From: Macrostomum hystrix
Taxonomy: Eukaryota; Animalia; Platyhelminthes
Length of the DNA stretch: 64,000 nucleotides
Assembly: GCA_950097015.1 (NCBI GenBank)
Contig: CATNEN010000002.1
Location: forward strand, 1,550,001 to 1,614,000
Direction: 5' to 3'
Shown here: positions 22,942-35,582 of the stretch, one piece after another
Numbering within the stretch: position 1 is the stretch's first letter
Layout of the letters: the number at the start of each line of letters is the position of its first letter
Notes under the pieces: generated by a model
Databases searched by the model: none
The model's input: only the letters and a program-made list of their open reading frames with translations
Told to the model about the DNA's origin: nothing
Made by a program: the position numbers and the translations under genes

Positions 22942-25900
22942 ATGTTTTCTGGCCAAAACTTGGGATCATCCCACGAACCAGCAGAAACAGCAGCAGCTGG
23001 ATCTTCTCTAGTATTATCCAATTCAAATGACAATGCTTCCCAAGAAACAGATGCTCTAGTGCACTTCTTGCGTGGAGCCCCACCCACAATTACAAGTCGA
23101 AATATTTCTCAGCAGCAACAGCCATCTACACTGCTGTCTTATCCAGCCAGTCTGCCCGTGACATCTCTAAGCTCTGTGGCTAATAGAAATCGCCAACTGC
23201 AGCAACCTGCAGGTATGTTGCCTCTTATAATCAAGTTATCTGTGGCTTTTTGTTATCTCTGCTGCAAGTTCATGGTTATTTTAAACAGTGCCTTCACAAT
23301 CTCACCTTAATGATCCCAACCTGAAGCTTATGATCCCATCCTGAAGCTTATTTGACATTCTGATATTCTGAGATTCTGAAAATATCAGAATCTGGCCCAA
23401 ATCCCAATTTCAATATTTTCTCCAGGTGGCGGCAGCTACAGTGCATTTGGCGAAGCGCCATCGTCCAGTCCTGCTAACCTCGGCGCATCCGACGAGGAGA
23501 TGATCGACCTCACGCCAGGCCAGGACAATCCGTTTCGCGACCCGTTCGGCGCTCAAACTGCCGCCCTGTCTCAGCATCGGCGCGAAGCCGCCGCCGCTCT
23601 CGGCAACCATGGCGGACGCCGTAGACGATCAGCCAGCTGTGGCGACGATTTTGTTGACCTTGGTACGTGACGAATCTTGATGGTTTATGATCCATGCAAC
23701 ACTTGCGCTCCTCTCTGTTTATCTCCCGCTTGTTTCTTCTCTCATCTTTTTTCCCTTCCATCTCTCCCTTCTCACCTTTCCTTTCTCACAACTCCCTTCT
23801 AATCTCTCTCTTCTCTCCTCACCCTTCTCACCACTCTTTTCTCATCTATCTCTTCTCACTTCTCCCTTCTCACCTCTCCCTTCTCACTTCTCCCTTCTCA
23901 CCTCTCCCTTCTTACCTCTCCCTTCTCACCTCACCCCTCTCACCTCACCCTTCTCACTTCTCCCTTCTTACATCTCCCTTCTTACCTCTCCCCTTTTCAT
24001 CTCACCCCTCTCACCTCACCCTTCTCACTTCTGCCTTCTCACCTCTCCTTCTCACCTCACCCCTCTCACCTCACCCTTCTCACTTCTGCCTTCTCACCTC
24101 TCCCTTCTTACCTCTCCCCTCTCACCTCACCCTTCTCACTTCTGCCTTCTCACCTCTCCCTTCTTACCTCTCCCCTTTTCATCTCACCCCTCTCACCTCA
24201 CCCTTCTCACTTCTGCCTTCTCACCTCACCCTTCTCACCTCTCCCTTCTCACCTCTCCCTTCTTACCTCTCCCTTCTCACCTCACCCCTCTCACCTCACC
24301 CTTCTCACTTCTCCCTTCTCACCTCTCCCTTCTTACCTCTCCCCTTTTCATCTCACCCCTCTCACCTCACCCTTCTCACTTCTGCCTTCTCACCTCTCCT
24401 TCTCACCTCACCCCTCTCACTTCACCCTTCTCACTTCTGCCTTCTCACCTCTCCTTCTCACGTCACCCCTCTCACCTCACCCTTCTCACTTCTCCCTTCT
24501 TCCTCTCCCTTCTCACCTCTTTTTCATCCTCTCATCTCTCTCTCTTCCTATTTACTCTGTCAACTGTCCCTCTCTCTTCTATATTTTAATTTCGCCTCTC
24601 ATATTTCCTCTAATCTCTTCCCTCTTTTCTTTCCTTTCCCTCTATCTCATCTAATCTCTCCCCTCTTTTCTTTCCTCTCCCCCTATCTCATCTAATCTCT
24701 CCCCTCTTTTCTTTCCTCTCCCCCTATCTCATCTAATATCTCCACACAACTCTCTCCCCCATGTGTTCCACTCTCTCTCTCTTCTCTTCTCTGTTCTTTG
24801 TCTTGCCTTTTTTATTTCACATCGCTGTCCATGCTTTTTACTAATTGTTCTTCACATTTTCAGATTTTTGCTTCTTCTCTCAAAGGATACACTTACACGC
24901 GTATTCTAGTACTATCAAGTAGTAAAAATGTAACTGAAAAATCAATAAGAAATCTCCTTTGAATTGTCGCCTGCTTAGATTGGTCAGTCATTCGAATGAC
25001 AGGATTGGACAGAATTAAATATTTTCAAGTCGCAGAGATTTGTAGTTCGGTCTAACTGACCGTGTACTATGTTTAGCAGCCGTAAAACTAGCAGTTAATT
25101 TTCTTTTTTCATTGACCGAACATTATTAGAAAAATGTCTGCATCAGAGAGAAGAATTTCGTCAGTCGTAGATAATTCAAGCAATTCTATTGAAGAAGGTG
25201 TCAACGTAGATAGTCATAAATATGATACTGCATCACAGCAGCAATTCGATATTCCGTTTGTCCATTCATCTTTGACTGCTGATGTCAACCCGCTCACCTT
25301 CTGTGCACCAATGCGACACTGCATAAATAATAAGTGTGAGATTACGGCTTGTTCGTTTATTCTAGTCAACTTTACTTACGTAGTAGAGTTGAGGTAGGGC
25401 GAGATAGTGATAGTGCAGGGGTTGAGGGATAAGTGACAGCAGAGGTGGGGTAGAGGGATAAGTGACAGCAGAGGTGGGGTAGAGGGATAAGTGACAGCAG
25501 GGGTGGGGTAGAGGGATAAGTGACAGCAGGGGTGGGGTAGAGGGATAAGTGATAGCAGAGGTGGGGTAGAGGGATAAGTGACAGCAGAGGTGGGGTAGAG
25601 GGATAAGTGACAGCAGAGGTGGGGTAGAGGGATAAGTGACAGCAGAGGTGCGGTAGAGGGACAAGTGACAGCAGGGGTGGGGTAGAGGGATAAGTGATAG
25701 CAGAGGTGGGGTAGAGGGATAAGTGACAGCAGAGGTGGGGTAGAGGGATAAGTGACAGCAGGGGTGGGGTAGAGGGATAAGTGATAGCAGAGGTGGGGTA
25801 GAGGGATAAGTGACAGCAGAGGTGGGGTAGAGGGATAAGTGACAGCAGAGGTGGGGTAGAGGGATAAGTGACAGCAGAGGTGGGGTAGAGGGATAAGTGA

Positions 25901-28900
25901 CAGCAGGGGTGGGGTAGAGGGATAAGTGATAGCAGAGGTGGGGTAGAGGGATAAGTGACAGCAGAGGTGGGGTAGAGGGATAAGTGACAGCAGAGGTGGG
26001 GTAGAGGGATAAGTGACAGCAGAGGTGGGGTAGAGGGATAAGTGACAGCAGAGGTGGGGTAGAGGGATAAGTGATTGTAGGGTGAGGTAGAGTTCGATAG
26101 TAATATTAGAGGTGAGTAGTAGAGTTGTGGAAGAGAGAGTCAGTAGCATTGTAGCAATTTAGCAGGCATTATAGCAGGTATGAAGCGTTTAGCATGAGAA
26201 AAACTTCTGTCTAATCAGATTTGGCACTGGATTCATGCATTGCCAGTGATTTTAAAAACTAAATTTTCAAACTGCTTTACATTGTTCAGCTCGTATAAAC
26301 AAATAAAGTGTGCTATTGCTATAACGTCACTGTGTAAGTGTGCAATTCATTTAAATTAAATTTATAACTGCGAAGTTAAGCCTTTGCTAATCGACGTAAC
26401 TAGAGCGGACAGTAAATTGATTAAAAATGCGATTATTTTGCGATATTTACAATGCAACTGCCTTTGCATAGAGAAATTTCTGCTTCATTGGAAAGTTTAT
26501 GATAGCGCATGGGGTACCTGAGGCACTGTTTTTGAAGGCAATACTGAGCTTATATTTCAATGTAGTTTCGGTTAAAAAATAGCATGGCACAAAACCTGCC
26601 CCATAGAATCTCTCCAAAATGCATTGAGTCTATCATTGTCCTTATCAAATATCACATAATCCTAAATCAAATCCCACAATATCAGCATAAAATCTCACAG
26701 AATACCACTCGATTCTCCCCTTATCCCCAATCGAATCTAAAAAATCATTATCGAATCACACATAATCCGCATCAAATCACAACATAATCCCCATCATATC
26801 ACAACAGAATCCCATCAAGTTACACAGAATCTCCATCATATCACAACAGAATCCCATAAAATTACACATAATCCCCGTCAAATTACACATAATCCCCATC
26901 AAATCACAACATAATCCCCATCAAATCACAACAGAATCCCCATCAAATCACAACAGAATCCCCATCAAATCACAACAGAATCCCCATCAAATCACAACAG
27001 AATCCCCATCAAATCACAACAGAATCCCCATCAAATCACAACAGAATCTCCATCATATCACAACAGAATCCCCATCAAGTTACAACAGAATCCCATCAAA
27101 TTACACATAATCCCCATCAAATTACAACAGAATCCCCATCAAGTTACAACAGAATCCCCATCAAATTACAACAGAATCCCCATCAAATTACAACAGAATC
27201 CCCATCAAATTACAACAGAATCCCTATCATATCACAACAGAATCCCCATCATATCACACATAATCCCCATCAAATCCCACATAATCCCCATCATATCACA
27301 CATAATCCTATCAAATCTCCCCTAATATCCATCGAATTCCAAAGTATCATCGCCGAATCCCCTGAAACTGCCTCTAATTACATTAAATCTCCCATAATCC
27401 CCTCGAAATCCCATCACGCAGGCGGCGGCGCCAATCCAAAGGACTCTGGCGAAGCGGCCGGCCTAGCCGAAGGTCACTATGACGATTTCGAGACAATCGA
27501 CTGGCTGAAGGACATCGGGCGGCACAGGAAGCGTCATAGGGAAATCTTGCGCAGCATGAAGTTCAGCTGCCGCGGCAAAGTGGCCTCCCTATTCGACAGT
27601 TTCTCAGGCTGGCTGTGCGTTGGTCTCATCGCTGTTGCCGCAGGTAACAAACATTCATATCCGTATGGCTAGGCTGAAATCAGTTAGCAAAATATCGTGC
27701 TGAGTTGATTGGCAATCTGGCTTGCTGTCTTCTCCTGGCCCGCCTTTTTAGTGTCGATTTTTTCTAAATACGAGCTTTACGTAGCTTATAAATATTTTCG
27801 GTAAGGCAAGGGCTGAAGCAATTTACCTGTGTTAAAATATTATCTTCCTATTGACTGCATCAGTGTGTATATTAATCATTGATCTTAGCATTTGATGCGT
27901 CAGTTATTTGATTTTCTTATCGACAAACAGGTGAACAAAGGAAAGAATAGTTGTGCCTATTCTAAAAATGTTATTCTAATAATGCGAATAGTTAGTTCTG
28001 TACTTATCGCTTCATGTGATTGTACTGTGAAGGGTGTGTGTACTGTGAAGGGTGTGTGTACTGTGAAGGGTGTGTGTACTGTGAAGGGTGTGTGAACTGT
28101 GAAGGGTATGTGTACTGTGAAGGTTGTGTGTACTGTGAAGGGTGTGTCTTGTGAAGGGTATGTGTGCTGTGAAAGGTATGCACTGTGAAGGGTGTGTACT
28201 GTGAAGGGTATGCACTGTGAAGGGTGTGTACTGTGAAGGGTATGTACTGTGAAGGGTGTATACACTGTGAAAGTTGTGTGTACTGTGAAGGGTGTGCACT
28301 GTGAAGGTTGTGTGTACTGTGAAGGTTGTGTGTACTGTGAAGGGTGTGTGAACTGTGAAGGGTGTGTGTACTGTGAAGGGTGTGTGTACTGTGAAGGTTG
28401 TGTGTACTGTGAAGGGTGTGTGTACTGTGAAGGTTGTGTGTACTGTGAAGGTTGTGTGTACTGTGAAGGTTGTGTGTACTGTGAAGGGTGTGCACTGTGA
28501 AGGTTGTGTGTACTGTAAAGGTTGTGTGTACTGTGAAGGGTATGTACTGTGAAGGGTGTGCACTGTGAAGGTTGTGTGTACTGTGAAGGGTGTGTGTACT
28601 GTGAAGGGTGTGTGTACTGTGAAGGTTGTGTGTACTGTGAAGGTTGTGTGTACTGTGAAGGTTGTGTGTACTGTGAAGGGTGTGCACTGTGAAGGTTGTG
28701 TGTACTGTGAAGGTTGTGTGTACTGTGAAGGGTATGTACTGTGAAGGGTGTGCACTGTGAAGGTTGTGTGTACTGTGAAGGGTGTGTGTACTGTGAAGGG
28801 TGTGTGTACTGTGAAGGTTGTGTGTACTGTGAAGGGTGTGTGTACTGTGAAGGTTGTGTGTACTGTGAAGGGTGTGTGTACTGTGAAGGTTGTGTGTACT

Positions 28901-31900
28901 GTGAAGGTTGTGTGTACTGTGAAGGTTGTGTGTACTGTGAAGGGTGTGTGTACTGTGAAGGTTGTGTGTACTGTGAAGGTTGTGTGTACTGTGAAGGTTG
29001 TGTGTACTGTGAAGGTTGTGTGTACTGTGAAGGGTGTGTGTACTGTGAAGGGTGTGTGTACTTTGAATGGTGTGTGCAATGAAGGGCGTGTACAGTTTAG
29101 TTAGTCTACAATGAAAAGCAATAATTGTGAAGTGTGTGTACGCAGTGAAGGGCGTATATTATTAATAATGTGCATTTTAAATTGTGTGTACTTTAAAAGG
29201 TCGTTAGGAAATAGGGACAAATTAGTGTACAGAAAAAAGCGATTAGTGAATATTTCAGACAAAAAATGTTTGCAAATGAATTGTAAGTTTATTATACTTG
29301 GGAAAAAAGCTAGTTATCTCCCATAATTCACAATTCCTCAGGCCTGGTTGCCGGTGTAGTTGACATTGGCACCACCTGGATGTCCGACCTTCGCGATGGC
29401 ATCTGCGCCGAAGCGTTCTGGTTGAACAAGGAGCAGTGCTGCTGGTCATCAAATGACACGGCTTTCGACGATGAGCAGGCTTGCAAGCAGGTGACTGAAC
29501 TGCATCTAGTATTATCGACTAACAATGTAGCTTTTTTCTTAAACCCTGCCAATGCTGATCCCAAATTCAGTTCTTCAGTTAGAGAGCTGAAGCAATGGGG
29601 ACTTCAGTATTAGAATTGTTTTCTTTTGGCTTAGATTCTAGCTCCTGACCTTTTGTGTTTAAAAGTCGGTTGCTCTAACGTCTAGGCTACAAGTTAAAAA
29701 AATCTAGTGACACCGAAACAAAGACACTGCCAAACTTTCGAAAAGTTGAACAAAGACACTATTAAACAACGAAACAAAGACACTGTTCAACAACTGAACA
29801 AAGACACTATTCAAAAACGGAACAAAGACGCTATTTAACAACGGAACAAAGACGCTATTTAACGGTGTAAAAAGATACTATCAAACACTGGAAAAACACA
29901 CTCTCAAACAATGAAACATAGACGTTATGAAATAATGGAACAAAGACTATATCAAACAATAACACAATGACCCTTTTAAACAAAATAACAATGACACAAT
30001 CTAGCAATAAAACAAATAAACTATCAAACAATGAAACAAAGACTCTATCAAACCATGGAAAAATACACCATCAAACAACGGAACTAAGACACCTTCAAAC
30101 TATGAAACAATGACACTGTCAAGCAATAAAACAAAGACGCTATAAAATATTGAACAAAGACGCTATAAAAATAGAAGACAAAGACACTACCAAACAATGG
30201 AACAAAGACACTACCAAAAATAATAAATACACTACAAAACAATAAAACAAATATTCAAACAATACAACAAAGACACTATCATACAATACAACAGAGACAC
30301 TATCAAACAATACAACAAAGACACTATCATACAATACAACAAAGACACTATCAAACAATACAACAAAGACACTATCATACAATACAACAGACACACTATC
30401 AAACAATACAACAAAGACACTATCAAACAATACAACAAAGACACTATCAAACAATACAACAAAGACACTACCAAACAATGGAACAAAGACACTACCAAAA
30501 AAATAATAAATACACTACAAAACAATAAAACAAATATTCAAACAATACAACAAAGACACTATCATACAATACAACAGAGACACTATCAAACAATACAACA
30601 AAGACACTATCATACAATACAACAAAGACACTATCAAACAATACAACAAAGACACTATCATACAATACAACAGAGACACTATCAAACAATACAACAAAGA
30701 CACTATCAAACAATACAACAAAGACACTATCAAACAATACCACAAAGACACTACCAAACAATGGAACAAAGACACTACCAAAAAATAATAAATACACTAC
30801 AAAACAATAAAACAAATATTCAAACAATACAACAAAGACACTATCAAACAATAATAAAGACACTAAAAAACAATAAAACAAAGATTCTAACAATAGAACA
30901 AAGACCAATTGTATAAAAGTTGCCGCAAGACCAGGTCGTCACCTAATAACTAGTTCTGTATTTATCAACTAAATTTTCAGTGGTACACCTGGGCCGAGCT
31001 AGTCGGCGACAGCAATAAAGACTTCGGCGCCTACGTGTTCAAATACCTGCTGTATATTCTGTGGTCTCTGCTATTCGCATTCCTAGCCTCCCTATTGGTC
31101 AGGGTATTCGCGCCCTACGCTTGCGGCTCCGGCATACCGGAGATGAAAACAATTCTATCCGGCTTTGTGATTCGCGGCTACCTCGGCAAATGGACTTTGC
31201 TAATTAAATCCGTAGGCATTATGCTGGCCGTATCTGCTGGCCTAAATCTCGGCAAGGAGGGCCCGATGGTTCACATGGCAGCCTGTTGCGGCAATATCGT
31301 CGCCTATCTATTTCCCAAGTACGGCCGAAATGAGGCCAAGAAGCGCGAGGTTCTGTCAGCGGCTGCTGCTGCTGGTGTCAGCATCGCATTCGGCGCCCCA
31401 CTAGGCGGTGTCCTATTCAGCCTCGAAGAAGCCAGCTATTATTTCCCGTTGAAGACATTGTGGCGCAGCTTCTTTTGCAGTATGGTGGCAGCATCGGTGC
31501 TGAAGATGTTGAATCCGTTTGGCAATGATCACCTGGTATTGTTCTATGTTGAGTACAGATCAACTTGGTCAGTACTGGAGATTGGCCCGTTCATTCTGCT
31601 TGGCGTCATTGGCGGCTTATTCGGAGCTGGCTTCATTCGAGCCAACGTTTGGATCTGTAGGAAACGCAAATTTGGCCGCCTCGGCAGATTCCCGATAGCC
31701 GAGGTGATGCTGGTCACTCTGGTCACTGCCCTAGTTGCATTCCCGAATCCCTACACTAGGATGAATACTAGTCATCTGATTAAGCTGCTGTTTAGCAAAT
31801 GCGGACCCGAGGACGATACGGAGCTGTGCGATTATCGACGAAATAGTACCAACGATTTCTCTGGCTCAGCTCCTGCTGGACCGGGTATCTACAGTGCCAT

Positions 31901-34900
31901 GTGGAAACTTATGCTCGCCTACCTGTTCAAGATGGTGGCCACCGTGTTTACGTTTGGCATCAAGGTGAGCTGCTGCCAACTGAGCTATAACTGCTGCGTT
32001 TTCTTGCCGTTAACTGGCTCATTTTAGTGAGGCTTATCTTAATCGTTAATGGGGGGTCAGTTGACCTCTCCACTTAAACCATAAATTATGGGGCCAATTG
32101 ACCTCCCCGCTTGGACCATAAATTATGGGGTCAATTGACCTCCCCGCTTGGACCAAAAAATATAGGGTCAATTGAGCTTTACTTATTATGGGGTCATTTT
32201 GACCTCCCCGCTTGGACCATAAATAATGGGGTCAATTGACCTCCCAATTAAGTCATGAATAGAGGGGTCAATTGACCTCCGCACTTCGTTGGAACTTTGC
32301 GAGTAGAGAGTAACAAATGTCTTTCACCGAAACGTGAACCCGGCCTCCTAAACGGTAATTTATCCCCCCATCCGAACAGGTGCCATCCGGCCTGTTCATT
32401 CCGTCGCTCGCCGTCGGCGCCATCGCCGGCCGAGTCCTCGGCAACATCCTGGAACAGGTGGCAGTGTCCCGCATGGACAGCTTCCCATTCAGAGTGTTCT
32501 GCCGTGCAGGCCAGCCGTGCATCAACAGCGGCCTGTACGCCATGATTGGCGCTGCCGCAGCTCTCGGCGGCGTGACCCGGATGACCCTGTCACTGGTGGC
32601 CATCATGCTGGAACTAACTGGCGGCCTGCAGTACATTGTGCCGCTAATGATCGCCGCCATGACCAGCAAGTGGGTCGGCGATCGGCTAACTAAGGGCGGT
32701 ATCTACGAGGAGCACATCAGACTCAACGGTTATCCCTTCCTTGACAACAAGGAGGAATTCTCCCACACCACCATCGCTGCCGATGTCATGCATCCGCGGC
32801 GTGGCGAGTCACAGCTGCAGCTGCTCTATCAGGACTCGATGACCGTTGAAGATGTCGAAGCTCTCATGACAGCCTCGGATGTCAACGGATTTCCGGTTGT
32901 TGTATCCAAGGATTCTCACTATCTGTTGGGATTTGTGGCCAGAAGGGACCTCATACTGGCTCTAGGTATTACTTACTATTAATAATTATTATCTTTTATA
33001 GAGGTTGTAGCCTAGTGGTTAGGGCGTCGGACTCACGACTTGAAGGTCGGGGGGTTCGATTCCCGACTCCACTGGAACAATTTGTGTCCTTTAGCAAGAC
33101 ACTTAACTCTGCATTGCTTCAGTTCACCCAGCTGTTAAATGGGTACCAGCATCAGCTGGGATAATTGAAGGTGGGTGTGGCGTCCCCCCAGTCCATGGAC
33201 TGAACAGCTGTACGCAGCCTTCAGATGCGCCGCGCATTAGCTGCGGCTGTGCTGTCGGCTGCACATCTGGCCCAATTGGGGCAGGTGTAATCAATTAAAA
33301 ATTTAATTTAAAAAATCATCTTTTTTAAATTAGACATATTAATCCCCCGTTAATCCTTAATTCTTCCCCCATTCTATATCGTCTCATCAATATTGTATAA
33401 ACTCTCATTGATATTAAATTAGGTATCCCATTTTGACTTCCCCGTATTTAAAATCCGCTCTTTATTATCTCCCAATTCATGGTCCCTTATTTATCCCCAA
33501 TGCGTGATCACATCATTATCCCTAATTTGTCTAATTAGTAAACCCCTAATTATAAATTAACATAATTACGGGTTTACCTCCCCTTATCTACTTTACTAAT
33601 CACTAGTTTACTCCTCATTATCTCCTATCTCATTTTTCTATATCCAAATCCGTGATCCCCTCCTTATTATCCTTAATCTGTCATCCCTTGCTCATAATCC
33701 CCCATTCTTGCTGCCATGCTTATTGCACATCCCCTAACTGCTTAACTGCTTATAGCAGTTTGAGGTCCTCTCCTCAGCAAACTTAATAAGAGATTGTTTC
33801 TTGATTTCACTCCCTACAAATCGTTTATTCCCGCAGAATTCGCCCGCAAAAGTGAAGAAGGCATTGTGGGCCAGTCGCTGGTGTACTTCACCGAGCACCT
33901 GATTGCCTCCACCGGCCACTCGGACCTGGACGGTGGCGCCGGCATTGCGGGAGCCAGCATCGTTGCCTCGCCTGATGCTCAACCGCCGGCTTTAAAGCTG
34001 CGTCGCATTGTGGACCTGGTAAGTTGGCGTTGCTAATCCTTCACGCTGCTGTCCCTCATACTTCAGGGCTGCTGTCCATAATCCTTCAGGGCTGCTGTCC
34101 ATAATCCTTCAGGGCTGCTGTCCATAATCCTTCAGGGCTGCTGTCCATAATCCTTCAGGGCTGCTGTCCATAATCCTTCAGGGCTGCTGTCCATAATCCT
34201 TCAGGGCTGCTGTCCATAATCCTTCAGGGCTGCTGTCCATAATCCTTCAGGGCTGCTGTCCATAATCCTTCAGGGCTGCTGTCCATAATCCTTCAGGGCT
34301 GCTGTCCATAATCCTTCAGGGCTGCTGTCCATAATCCTACAGGGCTGCTGTCCATAATCCTTCAGGGCTGCTGTCCATAATCCTTCAGGGCTGCTGTCCA
34401 TAATCCTTCAGGGCTGCTGTCCATAATCCTTCAGGCTGCTGTCCATAATCCTTCACGCTGCTGTCCCTTATACTTCTGGGCTGCTGTCCATAATCCTTCA
34501 GGGCTGCTGTCCATAATCCTTCAGGCTGCTGTCCATAATCCTTCAGGGCTGCTGTCCATAATCCTTCAGGGCCGCTGTCCTCAATCCTTCAGGGCTGCTG
34601 TCCATAATCCTTCAGGGCTGCTGTCCTCAATCCTTCAGGGCTGCTGTCCATAATCCTTCAGGGCTGCTGTCCATAATCGTTCAGGGCAGCTGTCCATAAT
34701 CCTACAGGGCTGCTGTCCATAATCCTTCAGGGCTGCTGTCCATAATCCTTCAGGGCTGCTGTCCATAATCCTTCAGGGTTTCTGCCCCATGCCGTCAGTG
34801 CCAGTATTCCATAACAAACGTTATAAAAAATGTATCTAATTTCCCCCCTCAGTCGCCCATCACAGTGACGGACCAGACGCCTATGGAGGTTGTCCTGGAG

Positions 34901-35038
34901 ATGTTTCGCAAGCTGGGCCTTCGTCAAACTCTCGTCACTCACAATGGCCGCCTGTTGGGCCTCATCACAAAGAAGGACGTTCTGCGCCACATTGAGTACC
35001 TGCACAGCATCGATCCGCATAACCTTATCTTCTCCTAG
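22942..35038 (+). CDS. CLCN3: H+/Cl- exchange transporter, ClC-3/4/5 clade, about 938 aa
   Basis: Exons 22942-23212, 23426-23662, 27422-27643, 29342-29490, 30981-31964, 32380-32965, 33837-34018 and 34853-35038; all GT-AG and phase-consistent (2817 nt). Motifs [20 protein letters not shown] (gating Glu), GGVLFSLEE (proton Glu), GLFIP, GIYEEHI, two CBS domains. Start ATG less certain; the 3/4/5 paralog cannot be distinguished. Confidence 0.95.
23750..24740. repeat. Degenerate CT-rich (CTCACC/CCCTT) satellite, CLC intron 2
   Basis: Low-complexity polypyrimidine with repeated blocks. Confidence 0.9.
25425..26075. repeat. 29-bp G-rich minisatellite (GTGACAGCAGAGGTGGGGTAGAGGGATAA)n
   Basis: About 22 near-perfect copies in CLC intron 2. 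Confidence 0.95.
26760..27320. repeat. 22-bp minisatellite (AATCCCCATCAAATCACAACAG)n
   Basis: About 24 copies decaying into the acceptor region of CLC exon 3. Confidence 0.92.
28022..29065. repeat. 18-bp minisatellite (TACTGTGAAGGKTGTGTG)n, CLC intron 3
   Basis: About 58 copies with occasional 16-bp units. Confidence 0.96.
29710..30900. repeat. 24-bp minisatellite (AAACAATACAACAAAGACACTATC)n with an approximately 290-bp higher-order duplication, CLC intron 4
   Basis: Degenerate proximally, homogeneous distally; the block ...ataataaatacactacaaaac... recurs three times. Confidence 0.92.
32050..32282. repeat. 37-bp repeat containing the palindrome GGTCAATTGACC, CLC intron 5
   Basis: 7 cores seen: gggtcagttgacct, gggccaattgacct, gggtcaattgacct x3, gggtcattttgacct, gggtcaattgagct. 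Confidence 0.9.
33001..33296 (+). mobile_element. Full-length tRNA-derived SINE, same family, in CLC intron 6
   Basis: Aligns end to end with 18427-18720 with only about 8 differences. Confidence 0.88.
34035..34778. repeat. 23-bp minisatellite (CATAATCCTTCAGGGCTGCTGTC)n, last CLC intron
   Basis: About 31 near-perfect copies. Confidence 0.96.
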
Positions 35039-35129
35039 ACTCGAACCTCTGACTACCGACAATTATGCAATGTTCTTTTGTGTGACCGATGTACATTCTC
35101 CCACTGTATTAGAACCGGAACCAACACGT

Positions 35130-35582
35130 TATCCAACTAACAGGTATTAATGACCTGTTGTCCAACCTACAGGTATTAATGACCTGTTGTCCGACCTACA
35201 GGTATTAATGACCTGTTGTCCAACCTACAGGTATTAATGACCTGTTATCCAACCTACAGGTAATAATGACCTGTTGTCCAACCTACAGGTATTAATGACC
35301 TGTTGTCCAATCTACAGGTATTAATGACCTGTTGTCCAATCTACAGGTATTAATGACCTGTTGTCCAATCTACAGGTATTAATGACCTGTTGTCCAATCT
35401 ACAGGTATTAATGACCTGTTGTCCAATCTACAGGTATTAATGACCTGTTGTCCAATCTACAGGTATTAATGACCTGTTGTCCAATCTACAGGTATTAATG
35501 ACCTGTTGTCCAATCTACAGGTATTAATGACCTGTTGTCCAATCTACAGGTATTAATGACCTGTTGTCCAACCTACAGGTAA
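35130..35582. repeat. 29-bp minisatellite (CCAATCTACAGGTATTAATGACCTGTTGT)n, CLC 3' UTR
   Basis: About 15 copies between the stop (35038) and the first AATAAA seen (35761). Confidence 0.95.

Noticed and set aside
25134-25397. 87-aa ORF in CLC intron 2 as an alternative first exon
   Set aside because: No in-phase donor found to join exon 3, and no recognisable homology.
28004-29104. (YCEGCV)n / (HSTHTL)n ORFs resembling metallothionein or His-rich proteins
   Set aside because: They are translations of an 18-bp intronic minisatellite inside CLC intron 3, open in several frames, with no splice or start support.
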